From Pseudorhodobacter antarcticus (GTDB taxonomy: Bacteria > Pseudomonadota > Alphaproteobacteria > Rhodobacterales > Rhodobacteraceae): a stretch of DNA of 64,000 nucleotides. Made by a program: the position numbers and the translations under genes. Positions 50,359-60,126 of the stretch are shown in pieces (position 1 is the stretch's first letter; the number at the start of each line of letters is the position of its first letter). The DNA lies in the NCBI GenBank assembly GCA_945862465.1, contig CAMAYO010000003.1:92-64091 (forward strand), in the 5' to 3' direction. A model generated the notes under the pieces. That model made no database searches. It was not told the origin of the DNA and was given only the letters and a program-made list of their open reading frames with translations.

Positions 50359-50835
50359 ATGAAGGTTGTTTACTGGGCACTTCCTTTGGCAACGCTGGCT
50401 GTGGCGGGTGTGCTGACCTATCTTTTGCCGCACCTTGTGGCCGAGGCGGGCGGGGCGCAGCCCTTTGACCTGCGCCCCTTGGGCTATAGCGCGATGGAGG
50501 CGCGGATCTATCTGCAAAGCCTGTCGCCAGCGGGGACGGCGCTTTATCAGGGCGCGTTTCGTTTGACCGATACGATCTTTCCGATCTTGTTCACGCTGAC
50601 CCTGTGCTTGCCGCTTGGCGGACGAGGCCAGATTTGGTTCCTGCCGGCCTTGGCCTATGGCCTATGTGACTTGGCTGAAAATGTGGCCGTGGCGCGACTG
50701 TTGCAGACCGGCCCCGAGGTTGCGGCACAAGCGGTTTCGCTGGCTTCGGGTTTTAGTCAGGGTAAGACGGCGGCGTCACTTGTGGCGATTGTTTTGGCCC
50801 TGTTTGGTGCGCTGCAAGCTTGGCGCAGGCGCTGA
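50359..50835 (+). CDS. Hypothetical membrane protein
   Basis: About four hydrophobic helices; PFDLRPLGY, TDTIFP and DLAEN segments. AGGG SD before ATG 50359. Confidence 0.65.
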   Translation: MKVVYWALPLATLAVAGVLTYLLPHLVAEAGGAQPFDLRPLGYSAMEARIYLQSLSPAGTALYQGAFRLTDTIFPILFTLTLCLPLGGRGQIWFLPALAYGLCDLAENVAVARLLQTGPEVAAQAVSLASGFSQGKTAASLVAIVLALFGALQAWRRR

Positions 50836-50880
50836 CGGTTTTTAGGCGTGACATTGGGAATGCAGGGGCTGACAGGGCAG

Positions 50881-51480
50881 ATGGAATTCACAGTCGCCAT
50901 TGACGGGCCCGCCGCTTCAGGCAAGGGCACCATCGCCCGCGCTTTGGCGGATAGGTTCGGCTTTGCCTATCTGGACACGGGGTTGCTCTACCGCGCCGTA
51001 GCCGCCAAGGGGGGTGATCCGGTGCAAGCGGCCCTTGGGCTGACGGCGGACGATCTGGCACGAGACGACCTGCGGTCCTTGGCGGCAGGACAATCCGCCA
51101 GTCGTGTGGCAGCGATCCCGCAGGTGCGTGCGGCCCTTACCGCATTTCAACGCCACTTCGCGCGCTCCGCCGGCGGTGCTGTGCTGGATGGCCGCGATAT
51201 AGGCACGGTAATTTGCCCCATGGCCGAGGTGAAGCTCTATGTCACCTCCTCGGCCGAAGTGCGGGCCGAGCGGCGCTGGCGCGAACTGGGCGGTGATTTG
51301 GGGCAAGTGCTGGCCGAAGTGCGCGAACGCGATGCCCGCGATATGGGACGGGCCGATGCGCCCTTGCGCCCTGCCGACGATGCCATTGTCATCGACACAA
51401 CCGATTTAACCATTGAGCAGGCGGTGGCTATGGCTGCAGCCGCGGTCACCGCCCGATTTCCTGAAAGGACCATTCCATGA
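50881..51480 (+). CDS. cmk: Cytidylate kinase
   Basis: [40 protein letters not shown]. Confidence 0.96.
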   Translation: MEFTVAIDGPAASGKGTIARALADRFGFAYLDTGLLYRAVAAKGGDPVQAALGLTADDLARDDLRSLAAGQSASRVAAIPQVRAALTAFQRHFARSAGGAVLDGRDIGTVICPMAEVKLYVTSSAEVRAERRWRELGGDLGQVLAEVRERDARDMGRADAPLRPADDAIVIDTTDLTIEQAVAMAAAAVTARFPERTIP

Positions 51481-52265
51481 CACCACAGTTGACCATTCCT
51501 GATCTGGCCGGCAAAGCCGTTTTGATCACCGGCGCTTCCACCGGCATCGGGGCCGAACTTGCCCGCGCCTTTGCCGCCCAAGGTGCGCTGGTGGGGCTGC
51601 ATTACAACGCAAGCCAAGACGCCGCCAAGGCGCTGGCCGAGGAGATCACCGCAGCGAAGGGCCGTGTGCATCTGATCCACGCCGATATGTCGACGGGGGC
51701 AGGGTCGCGCAGCGCAGTGGATCAAGCCGTGGCAGCTTTTGGGAAGCTGGACGGGTTGATCAACAACGCGGGCGGCATGGTACGGCGGGTGACCTATGAG
51801 AATGCCACCGAAAAAGACTATGACGAGATTATGGATTTGAATGGCCGTTCTGTTGTGGTGGCGACAGCGGCAGCCATTCCGCATCTAAAGGCTGCGGCGA
51901 AAGATGACAGCGGGTTCATCATCAACACCACCTCGATTGCGGCGCGCAACGGGGCTTCGGGCGGGGCGGGGCTTTATGGGTCGTCCAAGGCCTTTGTCCA
52001 TGACATGACGCGGGGCTTGGCCAAAGAACTGATCCCCTTTGGCATCAGAGTGAACGCCGTGGCGCCGGGGGTGATCACCACGCCGTTCCACGAACGCTAT
52101 TCGACTCAATCGCAACTGACCGCCGCCTTGGCCACCGTGCCGCAAGGCCGCTTGGGCGTGGCGCAAGATTGTGCGGGCGCTTACCTGTTCTTGGCGAGCC
52201 GCGCGCTGTCGGCCTATATCATCGGCCAAGTGATCGAAGTGAATGGTGGGCAGTTGATGCCTTAA
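51477..52265 (+). CDS. SDR oxidoreductase, DEH-reductase (A1-R)-like
   Basis: [37 protein letters not shown]. Recalled resemblance to Sphingomonas A1-R. Confidence 0.8.
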   Translation: MTPQLTIPDLAGKAVLITGASTGIGAELARAFAAQGALVGLHYNASQDAAKALAEEITAAKGRVHLIHADMSTGAGSRSAVDQAVAAFGKLDGLINNAGGMVRRVTYENATEKDYDEIMDLNGRSVVVATAAAIPHLKAAAKDDSGFIINTTSIAARNGASGGAGLYGSSKAFVHDMTRGLAKELIPFGIRVNAVAPGVITTPFHERYSTQSQLTAALATVPQGRLGVAQDCAGAYLFLASRALSAYIIGQVIEVNGGQLMP

Positions 52266-52272
52266 GGCCAAG

Positions 52273-52295
52273 GGGACCAAGCGTTGCTTGGTCCC
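52273..52295. terminator. Hairpin between the convergent SDR and phoH genes
   Basis: Perfect 10-bp stem GGGACCAAGC-GTT-GCTTGGTCCC. Confidence 0.65.
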
Positions 52296-52300
52296 ACCGT

Positions 52301-53320
52301 TTATCCGCTGGTGGCCTCGTCAGCCTCATAGGCTTCGATGATGCGGCCGACCAAGGGGTGGCGGACCACGTCTTTCGAGGTGAAGTAGTTAAAGCTGACA
52401 CCTTTGACATTCTTCAAAATCCGTTCCGCCTCGGCCAAGCCCGAGGATGTGCCGCGCGGCAAGTCAACTTGGGTGCGGTCGCCCGTGATCACCATGCGGC
52501 TGCCTTCGCCCAAACGTGTCAGGAACATCTTCATCTGCATCGATGTGGCGTTTTGTGCCTCGTCCAGCACGACAAAGGCATTCGACAGGGTGCGCCCGCG
52601 CATGAATGCCAAGGGGGCGATTTCGATGCGCTTTTCCAAAAGCATCTTTTCCACCTGTTTGGCAGGTAGAAAATCGTTCAGCGCGTCATAAAGCGGCTGC
52701 ATATAGGGGTCGATCTTTTCCTTCATGTCGCCGGGCAAAAAGCCCAAACGCTCGCCCGCTTCGACCGCAGGGCGTGACAGGATGATCTTTTCAACTGCGC
52801 CGGACAGAAACATGGTCACGCCCACGGCCACGGCCAGATAGGTCTTGCCCGTGCCAGCGGGCCCAATGCCAAAGCCCATCTCATGGCTGAACAGGTTCGC
52901 GACATAGGCCTTTTGCGCCTCGGTCCGCGCCTCGACACCCTTTTTGCGGGTGCGCAGTTCCATCGCCCCACCTTGGAACATTTCGATCTGCTCGCCTTCG
53001 GCGCGGATCATCTCGCCTGAAGGGCGGCCCATGCGGATTGACCCGTCAACATCGCCCGAGGAAATATGCTTGCCCGCTTCCAGCCGCGCATAAAGCCCGC
53101 GCAAGACGGCAGCTGCTTGTTCGCGTGCGATCTTATCGCCCAAGACGGCCAGCTTGTTGCCCCGCCGCAGCACGTGCACCCCCATCTGCTGCTCAACCTG
53201 GGCGAGGTTGCGGTCAAACTGGCCGCATAACTCGATCAACAGGCGATTGTCGGGGAATTCCAGATGCGTTTCAGCAAGGTCTTCCGGACGGGTCGGGGGG
53301 GTCAGCGCGCTGATGCCCAA
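52301..53320 (-). CDS. phoH: PhoH-family ATPase (YbeZ-like)
   Basis: GPAGTGKTYLA, RPAVEAGERLGFLPGD, APLAFMRGRTL, DEAQN, DVVRHPLV. Confidence 0.96.
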   Translation of the reverse strand: MGISALTPPTRPEDLAETHLEFPDNRLLIELCGQFDRNLAQVEQQMGVHVLRRGNKLAVLGDKIAREQAAAVLRGLYARLEAGKHISSGDVDGSIRMGRPSGEMIRAEGEQIEMFQGGAMELRTRKKGVEARTEAQKAYVANLFSHEMGFGIGPAGTGKTYLAVAVGVTMFLSGAVEKIILSRPAVEAGERLGFLPGDMKEKIDPYMQPLYDALNDFLPAKQVEKMLLEKRIEIAPLAFMRGRTLSNAFVVLDEAQNATSMQMKMFLTRLGEGSRMVITGDRTQVDLPRGTSSGLAEAERILKNVKGVSFNYFTSKDVVRHPLVGRIIEAYEADEATSG

Positions 53321-53441
53321 TGGGCTCTCCTTCTGGTGCTAGATTCAGCCGAAGTGGTCACGTCTTACGCAAACTCTGGGGCCAGCGACGGCATCTGTCC
53401 ATAGGGAATGTGGCCCCGTTACATCACACTTATCGGTGGCT

Positions 53442-53459
53442 GTGACAGGGCGATGACAA
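53442..53459 (-). promoter_or_regulatory. Pho-box-like direct repeat upstream of phoH
   Basis: TTGTCAT-CGCC-CTGTCAC matches the CTGTCAT-N4-CTGTCA(C/T) consensus with one mismatch in the half-sites. Confidence 0.55.
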
Positions 53460-53480
53460 TTTAGGCAGTTTGAGAGGCTG

Positions 53481-54269
53481 TCAGAGGTTTTCTTGCTGCG
53501 GCATGCCCAGCACGTGGTATCCCGCATCGACGTGGATCACCTCGCCACTGGTGCAATTGCCGTAATCCGAGCAAAGCCAGACCGCCGTGCCGCCAATAGC
53601 TTCCAGTGTCGCGTTCTGGCGCATCGGGGCATTGGCTTCAGTGTGGCGAAAAGTGGCACGGGCCCCACCGATGGCGGCCCCAGCCAAAGTTTTCATCGGG
53701 CCAGGAGAGATGGCGTTAACGCGAATCTTTTGCGGGCCAAGGTCGTTGGCCAGATAGCGGGTTGCCGATTCGAGGGCGGCTTTTGCCACGCCCATCACGT
53801 TGTAATTGGGGGTGACGCGGTTTGACCCGCCATAGGTCAGGGTAATCAGGCTGCCACCATCGGGCATCAACTCGGCCGCACGGCGGCTAACATCGATAAA
53901 GGAGAAGCACGAGATCGTCAGCGAGTTTTGAAAGTTGCCGCGTGAGGTGTTGATGAACCGACCCGTCAGTTCGTTCTTGTCCGAAAAGGCCACAGCATGG
54001 ACCAGAAAATCAATCGTGCCCCAGCGGGTTTTTAGCGCGTCAAAGCAGGTGTCTAGGCTTTCATCGTCAATCACATTGACGTCGACCAGAAAGTCAGAGC
54101 CGAGCGATGCCGCCAGTGGTTCGACCCGTTTGCCAAAGGCCTCTCCTTGATAGGAAAAGGCCAGTTCCGCCCCCTCGGCCGCCAAAGCCTTTGCGATGCC
54201 CCAAGCGATAGACCGTTCATTGGCCACGCCCATAATCAGGCCGCGTTTGCCGCGCATGAGGTCTGCCAT
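53481..54269 (-). CDS. fabI: Enoyl-ACP reductase
   Basis: GVANERSIAWGIA, YNVMGVAKAALE, ISPGPMKTLA. Confidence 0.96.
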   Translation of the reverse strand: MADLMRGKRGLIMGVANERSIAWGIAKALAAEGAELAFSYQGEAFGKRVEPLAASLGSDFLVDVNVIDDESLDTCFDALKTRWGTIDFLVHAVAFSDKNELTGRFINTSRGNFQNSLTISCFSFIDVSRRAAELMPDGGSLITLTYGGSNRVTPNYNVMGVAKAALESATRYLANDLGPQKIRVNAISPGPMKTLAGAAIGGARATFRHTEANAPMRQNATLEAIGGTAVWLCSDYGNCTSGEVIHVDAGYHVLGMPQQENL

Positions 54270-54293
54270 ATCGAAGTCTCCTTGAGTGGCGCG

Positions 54294-54352
54294 CGATTTT
54301 TCTGCGAAAAATCGGAGGCAGGGTTTAAGGGTGATTTTTCGCAGAAAAATCG
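54294..54352. repeat. REP/BIME-like palindrome doublet, family A
   Basis: GATTTTTCTGCGAAAAATC (54295-54313, identical to 35686-35704) and its exact reverse complement (54333-54351). Confidence 0.85.
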
Positions 54353-54359
54353 GGGCGGG

Positions 54360-55589
54360 TCAGTCGAGATATTTGCTCATCACAAGGGTGGCGTTGGTGC
54401 CGCCGAAGCCGAAACTGTTCGACAACACGCTGTCCAAAGACACGTTGCCGCGCAGTTTCGTGACGATTTCAGACGGGTCAAGGGCCGGGTCCAAAGTCTC
54501 GATATTGGCCGAGGCCGCGATGAAAGACTTGTTCATCATGATCAGCGAATAAATCGCCTCATGCACGCCCGTGGCCCCCAAGGAATGGCCCGTCAGCGAT
54601 TTGGTCGAGGCAACGGGCGGCGTTTGGCCGCGGCCAAAGACCCGGCGGATGGCTTCCATCTCGGTCACATCGCCCACCACGGTGGAGGTGCCATGGCTAT
54701 TGATGTAATCAATCTTGCGGCCCTTGGGCAGGGTGGACAGGGCCAGCTTCATCGACCGCTCACCACCTTCGCCCGAGGGGGCCACCATGTCGTGGCCGTC
54801 AGACGTGGCGCCGTAGCCCGTGACTTCACCGTAAATCTTGGCCCCACGCGCCAAGGCGTGCGACAGTTCTTCCAGCACCACAACGCCCCCGCCGCCAGCA
54901 ATCACAAAGCCGTCTCGCTTGGCGTCATAGGTGCGCGAGGCGGTGGTGGGCGCGTCGTTATACTTTGACGACATGGCCCCCATCGCATCAAACAGGCAAG
55001 ACAGGGTCCAGTCCAGCTCTTCGCCGCCGCCAGCAAAGACGATGTCTTGCTTGCCCATCTGGATCAGTTCGGTGCCATTGCCGATGCAATGGGCCGAGGT
55101 GGAGCAGGCCGACGTGATCGAATAGTTCACGCCCTTGATTTTGAACGGTGTGGCCAGACAGGCCGAGTTGGTCGAGGACATGCAGCGCGTGACCATAAAC
55201 GGCCCCATCTTCTTGGGCGCGCCTTTGTTGATCACGGCGTCGAAGGCCTGAAAGAAGTTCGAGGTCGACGGCCCGCCAGACCCCATGATCAGGCCAGTGC
55301 GCTCGTTTGACACATCTTCAGGCGCAAGGCCGCTGTCGGCGATGGCCTGCTGCATCGCCAGAAAGTTATAAGCCGCTCCGGGCCCCATAAAGCGAAGATC
55401 GCGCTTGTCGATATGATCTTCCAGCACAATCTGCGGCTGGCCTTTGACTTGGCTGCGAAAGCCGTGCTCGGCATAGTCGGGGGCAAAGATGATGCCCGAC
55501 TTGCCCGCGCGCAGCGAGGCTTCCACCTCGTCCGCCGAATTGCCGATGGCAGAGATGATGCCGATGCCGGTGATAACGACGCGACGCAT
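54360..55589 (-). CDS. fabB: Beta-ketoacyl-ACP synthase I
   Basis: [32 protein letters not shown]. Confidence 0.96.
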   Translation of the reverse strand: MRRVVITGIGIISAIGNSADEVEASLRAGKSGIIFAPDYAEHGFRSQVKGQPQIVLEDHIDKRDLRFMGPGAAYNFLAMQQAIADSGLAPEDVSNERTGLIMGSGGPSTSNFFQAFDAVINKGAPKKMGPFMVTRCMSSTNSACLATPFKIKGVNYSITSACSTSAHCIGNGTELIQMGKQDIVFAGGGEELDWTLSCLFDAMGAMSSKYNDAPTTASRTYDAKRDGFVIAGGGGVVVLEELSHALARGAKIYGEVTGYGATSDGHDMVAPSGEGGERSMKLALSTLPKGRKIDYINSHGTSTVVGDVTEMEAIRRVFGRGQTPPVASTKSLTGHSLGATGVHEAIYSLIMMNKSFIAASANIETLDPALDPSEIVTKLRGNVSLDSVLSNSFGFGGTNATLVMSKYLD

Positions 55590-55623
55590 GGGATATCCTT
55601 TCCGGGATCAATGACGGCCAAGG

Positions 55624-56133
55624 TCAGTTGGTCGACAGGGCAACTTTCATATCGGTGACCTGATAGATCAGCTCGCCGTCCGCCTCAACCCGGCCATTGG
55701 CGACACCCATGGTCAGGCGGCGGGTGGTCAAGGCCTTGGTGAAGTCGACATGATAGCGCAGCAGTTTGCGGTCAGGGCGCACCATGCCGGTCAGCTTCAC
55801 TTCGCCCACGCCAAGCGCATACCCACGCCCCAGCCAGCCGCGCCAGCCAAGGTTAAACCCGGTCAGCTGCCAAAGCCCGTCAAGGCCCAGACAGCCGGGC
55901 ATGATCGGGTTGCCGGGAAAGTGGCAGGCGAAAAACCAAAGGTCGGGCGTTATATCAAATTCGGCCACGACATGACCTTTGCCGAATGCACCGCCATCTT
56001 CAGAAATCTCGGTGATCCGGTCCATCATCAACATCGGCGGGGCGGGCAGTTGGGCGTTGCCGGGGCCAAACAGTTCCCCCCGCGCGCAAGCCAAAAGCGC
56101 GTCCTTGTCGAATGTCGTCAGATAAGCGCCCAT
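55624..56133 (-). CDS. fabA: 3-hydroxydecanoyl-ACP dehydratase/isomerase
   Basis: [35 protein letters not shown]. Confidence 0.97.
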   Translation of the reverse strand: MGAYLTTFDKDALLACARGELFGPGNAQLPAPPMLMMDRITEISEDGGAFGKGHVVAEFDITPDLWFFACHFPGNPIMPGCLGLDGLWQLTGFNLGWRGWLGRGYALGVGEVKLTGMVRPDRKLLRYHVDFTKALTTRRLTMGVANGRVEADGELIYQVTDMKVALSTN

Positions 56134-56247
56134 GTGGCCGTGCCCCCTTGCCTTTTGCATTGCGTGTAACATCCCGTGATGGAATGACGCAAGGGCACTA
56201 GGCTTGCGTCTGCCAAGGCGCGACAAAAGTACTCAGCAGGAGACAAC

Positions 56248-57420
56248 ATGAGCAGCGCACATGAACAGGGGTATCTGTCGGCCGAGGCCAAAGGCGGTCT
56301 TGTTCTGATCGCCGCCACGATCCTTGCACTTGTGGCGGCAAATTCGCCTTGGGCAAGCGCCTATCAGGCCGCACTCGATTTGCCGATGGCTATATCGGCG
56401 GGCACTTTGTCTTTGGACAAACCTTTGATTTTGTGGGTTAACGATGGGCTTATGGCGCTGTTCTTCCTTCTGGTTGGGTTAGAGTTGAAAGCCGAGATGT
56501 TGGAGGGCCGACTGCGCGATCCGCATGCGGTGCTTATGCCGGGGCTGGCCGCCTTGGGAGGCATGGTTGTGCCCGCGCTGATTTATCTGACCGTGACGCA
56601 AGGCACGGGTGCTACTGCGGGGTGGGCCATTCCTGCGGCCACTGACATTGCCTTTGCCCTAGGGGTGCTTGCGCTGGCGGGGCCCGGTTTGCCGGTTGGT
56701 TTGCGCAGCTTTCTGCTGACTATGGCCATTCTGGATGATCTGGGCGCCATTTTGATCATAGCGTTGTTTTACGGGCATGATCTGCATATGGGGTATCTGG
56801 TCGCGGCCTTGGCTCCTGTGGGCGCGCTGTTGGTATTGGCGCGGATGAAAGCCTTCAGTCTGGGCTTAGCAATGGTGCTTGGCGTGATCCTTTGGCTGCT
56901 GGTGCTGAAATCGGGCATCCATGCCACGGTTGCGGGTGTGGTGATGGCGTTTTGCATTCCGTTGAAGGACAAGGCCGGTGGATCGGTGCTGCACCGGTTG
57001 ACCGATGCGCTGCAGCCATGGGTGGCCTATTTTATCGTGCCGCTGTTTGCCTTGGTGAACGCAGGGCTGCCTTTGGGCAATCTGGGTTTGGCGGGCAACG
57101 GCGGTCAGATCGCCCTTGGTGTGGGGCTGGGGCTGGTCTTTGGCAAGTTTGTGGGCATCATGGGGGCCAGTGGGGCGTTGGTGCTGTTGGGACTTGGCCG
57201 CTTGCCCGAAGGGATGCGCTGGCCGCATATGGCAGCCGCTAGCTTGCTTGCGGGGATCGGTTTTACGATGTCGCTGTTCATCGGTGGGCTGGCCTTTGCC
57301 GAGGGTGACGCCATGAATGCCGTGCGGTTTGGCGTTCTTGTCGCCTCGGTTGTGGCGGCGACGGCGGGGCTTTTGGTGCTGCGCAACCTCTCTGGCAAAG
57401 CGCATCGCGGGGCGTTATAG
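56248..57420 (+). CDS. nhaA: Na+/H+ antiporter NhaA
   Basis: WVNDGLMALFF, GWAIPAATDIAF, LDDLGAI (DD intact), SGIHATVAG, GIGFTMSLFI. Confidence 0.93.
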   Translation: MSSAHEQGYLSAEAKGGLVLIAATILALVAANSPWASAYQAALDLPMAISAGTLSLDKPLILWVNDGLMALFFLLVGLELKAEMLEGRLRDPHAVLMPGLAALGGMVVPALIYLTVTQGTGATAGWAIPAATDIAFALGVLALAGPGLPVGLRSFLLTMAILDDLGAILIIALFYGHDLHMGYLVAALAPVGALLVLARMKAFSLGLAMVLGVILWLLVLKSGIHATVAGVVMAFCIPLKDKAGGSVLHRLTDALQPWVAYFIVPLFALVNAGLPLGNLGLAGNGGQIALGVGLGLVFGKFVGIMGASGALVLLGLGRLPEGMRWPHMAAASLLAGIGFTMSLFIGGLAFAEGDAMNAVRFGVLVASVVAATAGLLVLRNLSGKAHRGAL

Positions 57421-57474
57421 TTCGCCCACTTCAGGCAACAGGTGCGCTTTATGCAACGCCAAGACCACGCGATC

Positions 57475-57888
57475 ATGACGACCGAGGCTGCCCGTGCCAC
57501 CGATTGGCTGGCGCGCGGTGGTTTGCGCCCGACGCGGCAGCGCTTGGCATTGGCGCGGTTGCTGGTGGGTGATGGTCAAGATCGCCATGTTACCGCCGAA
57601 AGCCTGTTTGCCTTGACGGGTGGCGCGGGCGAAAAGGTCAGCTTGGCTACGGTCTACAACACCCTGCGCGCCTTTTGCGAAGCAGGTTTGGTCAACGAAG
57701 TCGTCGTTGACGGTGCGCGCAGCTATTTTGACACGCGCATCGAAAACCATCCCCATTTCTATTGGGAAGACACCCACGCTTTAACGGATGCGCCGGCAGA
57801 GGAAGTCACAATTGCGGCCCTGCCCGCAGCGCCCGCTGGCACCGAAATTGCCCGTGTCGATGTGGTGATCCGCCTGCGCCGCGCTTAA
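57475..57888 (+). CDS. irr: Iron response regulator (Fur family)
   Basis: GLRPTRQR, SLATVYNTL, YFDT...HPHFY. Alternative starts at 57442 and 57451. Confidence 0.9.
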   Translation: MTTEAARATDWLARGGLRPTRQRLALARLLVGDGQDRHVTAESLFALTGGAGEKVSLATVYNTLRAFCEAGLVNEVVVDGARSYFDTRIENHPHFYWEDTHALTDAPAEEVTIAALPAAPAGTEIARVDVVIRLRRA

Positions 57889-58634
57889 TAGGTCGCCCGT
57901 CCACCGGACAGATCGAAGGTTGATCCCGTGGTAAAGGAATTCTCGGCCGAGGCCATCCACAGGATCATGCTGGCGATTTCCTCGACCGTGACAAATCGGC
58001 CGCGCGGGATTTTGGACAACATGTAGTCGATGAACTCTTGGCTCAGTTGGTCCAAAATGCGGGTCTTGGCGGTGGCAGGGGTGACGCAGTTGACCGAGAT
58101 GTCATGGCCTGCCAGCTCTTTGCCCAGCGACTTGGTCATGGCAATCACCCCCGCCTTGGAGGCCGAGTAGGCCGAGGCGTTGGGATTGCCTTCTTTCCCT
58201 GCGATCGATGCGATGTTCACGATGCGCCCATAGTTGCGCGCCATCATGCCCGGAACCACGGCCTTGCAGCACAAAAAGCTGCCGTCAAGGTTGATGGCCA
58301 AGATGCGCTTCCAGATCTCGGGGTCGTAATTGGCCAAGGTGGCGTTCGGGCCAGCGATGCCCGCGCTGTTGACCAAGATATCCACCTTGCCAAAGGCCGC
58401 CTCGGTCGCGGCCATCGCTGCCGCAACGCTGGCTTGCGCGCTGACATCGACCTGCACAAAAAGCCGTGATGCTGCGGGCAGGTCGGCCACCTTGGCTTCG
58501 GGCGCTGTGATGTCCATATCCCAGATCGCAACCTTTGCCCCCGACGCAGCCATCCGCTGGGCCACGGCCGCGCCAATCCCATTCGCGCCGCCGGTGATCA
58601 CGGCAACTTTGCCGGAATAGTCATAGGTGTTCAT
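57885..58634 (-). CDS. SDR oxidoreductase (LRA5/2-keto-3-deoxy sugar-acid dehydrogenase-like)
   Basis: TGGANGIG, GKEGNPNASAYSASKAGV, C-terminal FDLSGGRATY. Confidence 0.8.
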   Translation of the reverse strand: MNTYDYSGKVAVITGGANGIGAAVAQRMAASGAKVAIWDMDITAPEAKVADLPAASRLFVQVDVSAQASVAAAMAATEAAFGKVDILVNSAGIAGPNATLANYDPEIWKRILAINLDGSFLCCKAVVPGMMARNYGRIVNIASIAGKEGNPNASAYSASKAGVIAMTKSLGKELAGHDISVNCVTPATAKTRILDQLSQEFIDYMLSKIPRGRFVTVEEIASMILWMASAENSFTTGSTFDLSGGRATY

Positions 58635-58773
58635 CGGCTGATCTTTCCTGCTGGTCCAAACGCTTTGGTCGCAGTCTTATGCAACGCCTGTTCCAACACA
58701 AGGGCCCAAGCGCGAAGTTGCCAAGCAGGGCTGGTTGGCGTAAGGGCTGTGCCTGTTCCAACGGTGCGCGCGA

Positions 58774-60084
58774 ATGTCTGACCCAAAGAAGCTTTTCATC
58801 AAGACCTATGGCTGTCAGATGAACGTCTATGACAGCGAGCGGATGGCCGAAGCGATGGCCCCCGAAGGCTATATTGCAACCGAAGACGCCAGCGAGGCGG
58901 ATTTGGTGCTGCTCAACACCTGCCATATCCGCGAAAAGGCGGGGGATAAGCTTTACTCCGACCTTGGCCGCCTGCGCCCGCTCAAAGACGCAAAGCCCGA
59001 TATGAAGATCGGCGTGGCGGGCTGCATAGCCCAAGCCGAAGGGGCCGAGATCATGCGCCGTGTGCCGATGGTTGATCTGGTCGTGGGGCCACAAGCCTAT
59101 CACCGTTTGCCCGCCCTTGTGCGCGGTGCGGATAGCCCTGTGGACACCGACTTTCCCGTGGAATCAAAGTTTGACCTGCTGCCTGCCCGCAAAGGCAAGC
59201 GCGGCCCAACCGCTTTTTTGACCGTGCAAGAAGGCTGCGACAAGTTTTGCGCCTTTTGCGTGGTGCCCTATACCCGTGGGGCCGAGGTGAGCCGCCCCGT
59301 GGACCGCGTGTTGGCCGAAGCAAAAGGCTTGGTGGAGCGTGGGGTCAAAGACCTGACGCTGCTGGGCCAGAACGTCAACGCCTACCACGGCCAAAGGGAT
59401 GGCGCGGATGTGGGTTTGGCGCAGTTGCTGGCCGCTTTGGCCAAGATCGACGGGTTGGAACGCTTGCGCTACACCACCAGCCATCCCAACGACATGGCCG
59501 ACGACCTTATTGAAGCGCATGGAACTCTGCCCAAACTGATGCCCTATCTGCACCTGCCCGTGCAATCAGGCTCTGACCGCATTCTAAAGGCTATGAACCG
59601 CAAGCACAGTGCGGAAAGCTACCTGCGCCTGATCGAGCGCTTCCGCGCCGCGCGGCCCGATATTTTGCTGACCTCTGACTTTATTGTGGGCTTCCCCGGC
59701 GAAACCGATGCGGATTTTGAGGCGACCTTGGCGCTGATCCGGCAGGTCGGGTTTGGCATGGCCTATTCGTTCAAATACTCGGCCCGTCCCGGCACACCTG
59801 CCGCCGAAAAGCCCGAACTGCCCGCCGAAGTGGCCGATGCGCGCCTGCAAATCTTGCAGGCTCTGATCACAAAGCAACAACGCGCCGCGCAAGATGCGAT
59901 GGTGGGGCGCGAGTGCCATGTGCTCTATGAAAAAGCTGGGCGGATGCCGGGGCAGATGGTGGGCAAGTCTGACCATCTGATGGCTGTGCATGTCACTGAT
60001 GCCACAGGCCAAGTGGGCGATTTGGTGCGGGTCAAGGTCACGGGGGCCTCGACCAATTCACTGGCGGCCGTGCCTATTGCTTAA
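58774..60084 (+). CDS. miaB: tRNA-i6A37 methylthiotransferase
   Basis: [36 protein letters not shown] radical SAM motif, TRAM domain. Confidence 0.97.
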   Translation: MSDPKKLFIKTYGCQMNVYDSERMAEAMAPEGYIATEDASEADLVLLNTCHIREKAGDKLYSDLGRLRPLKDAKPDMKIGVAGCIAQAEGAEIMRRVPMVDLVVGPQAYHRLPALVRGADSPVDTDFPVESKFDLLPARKGKRGPTAFLTVQEGCDKFCAFCVVPYTRGAEVSRPVDRVLAEAKGLVERGVKDLTLLGQNVNAYHGQRDGADVGLAQLLAALAKIDGLERLRYTTSHPNDMADDLIEAHGTLPKLMPYLHLPVQSGSDRILKAMNRKHSAESYLRLIERFRAARPDILLTSDFIVGFPGETDADFEATLALIRQVGFGMAYSFKYSARPGTPAAEKPELPAEVADARLQILQALITKQQRAAQDAMVGRECHVLYEKAGRMPGQMVGKSDHLMAVHVTDATGQVGDLVRVKVTGASTNSLAAVPIA

Positions 60085-60126
60085 TGCCTTGCGCCAAGAG
60101 CGTGATACTGGATTGGACCTTTGCAA

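Noticed and set aside
8258-57888. Repeated 4-bp overlaps of convergent stop codons (8258, 16151, 28946, 57885)
   Set aside because: A common genome-compaction feature, not evidence of a specific system.
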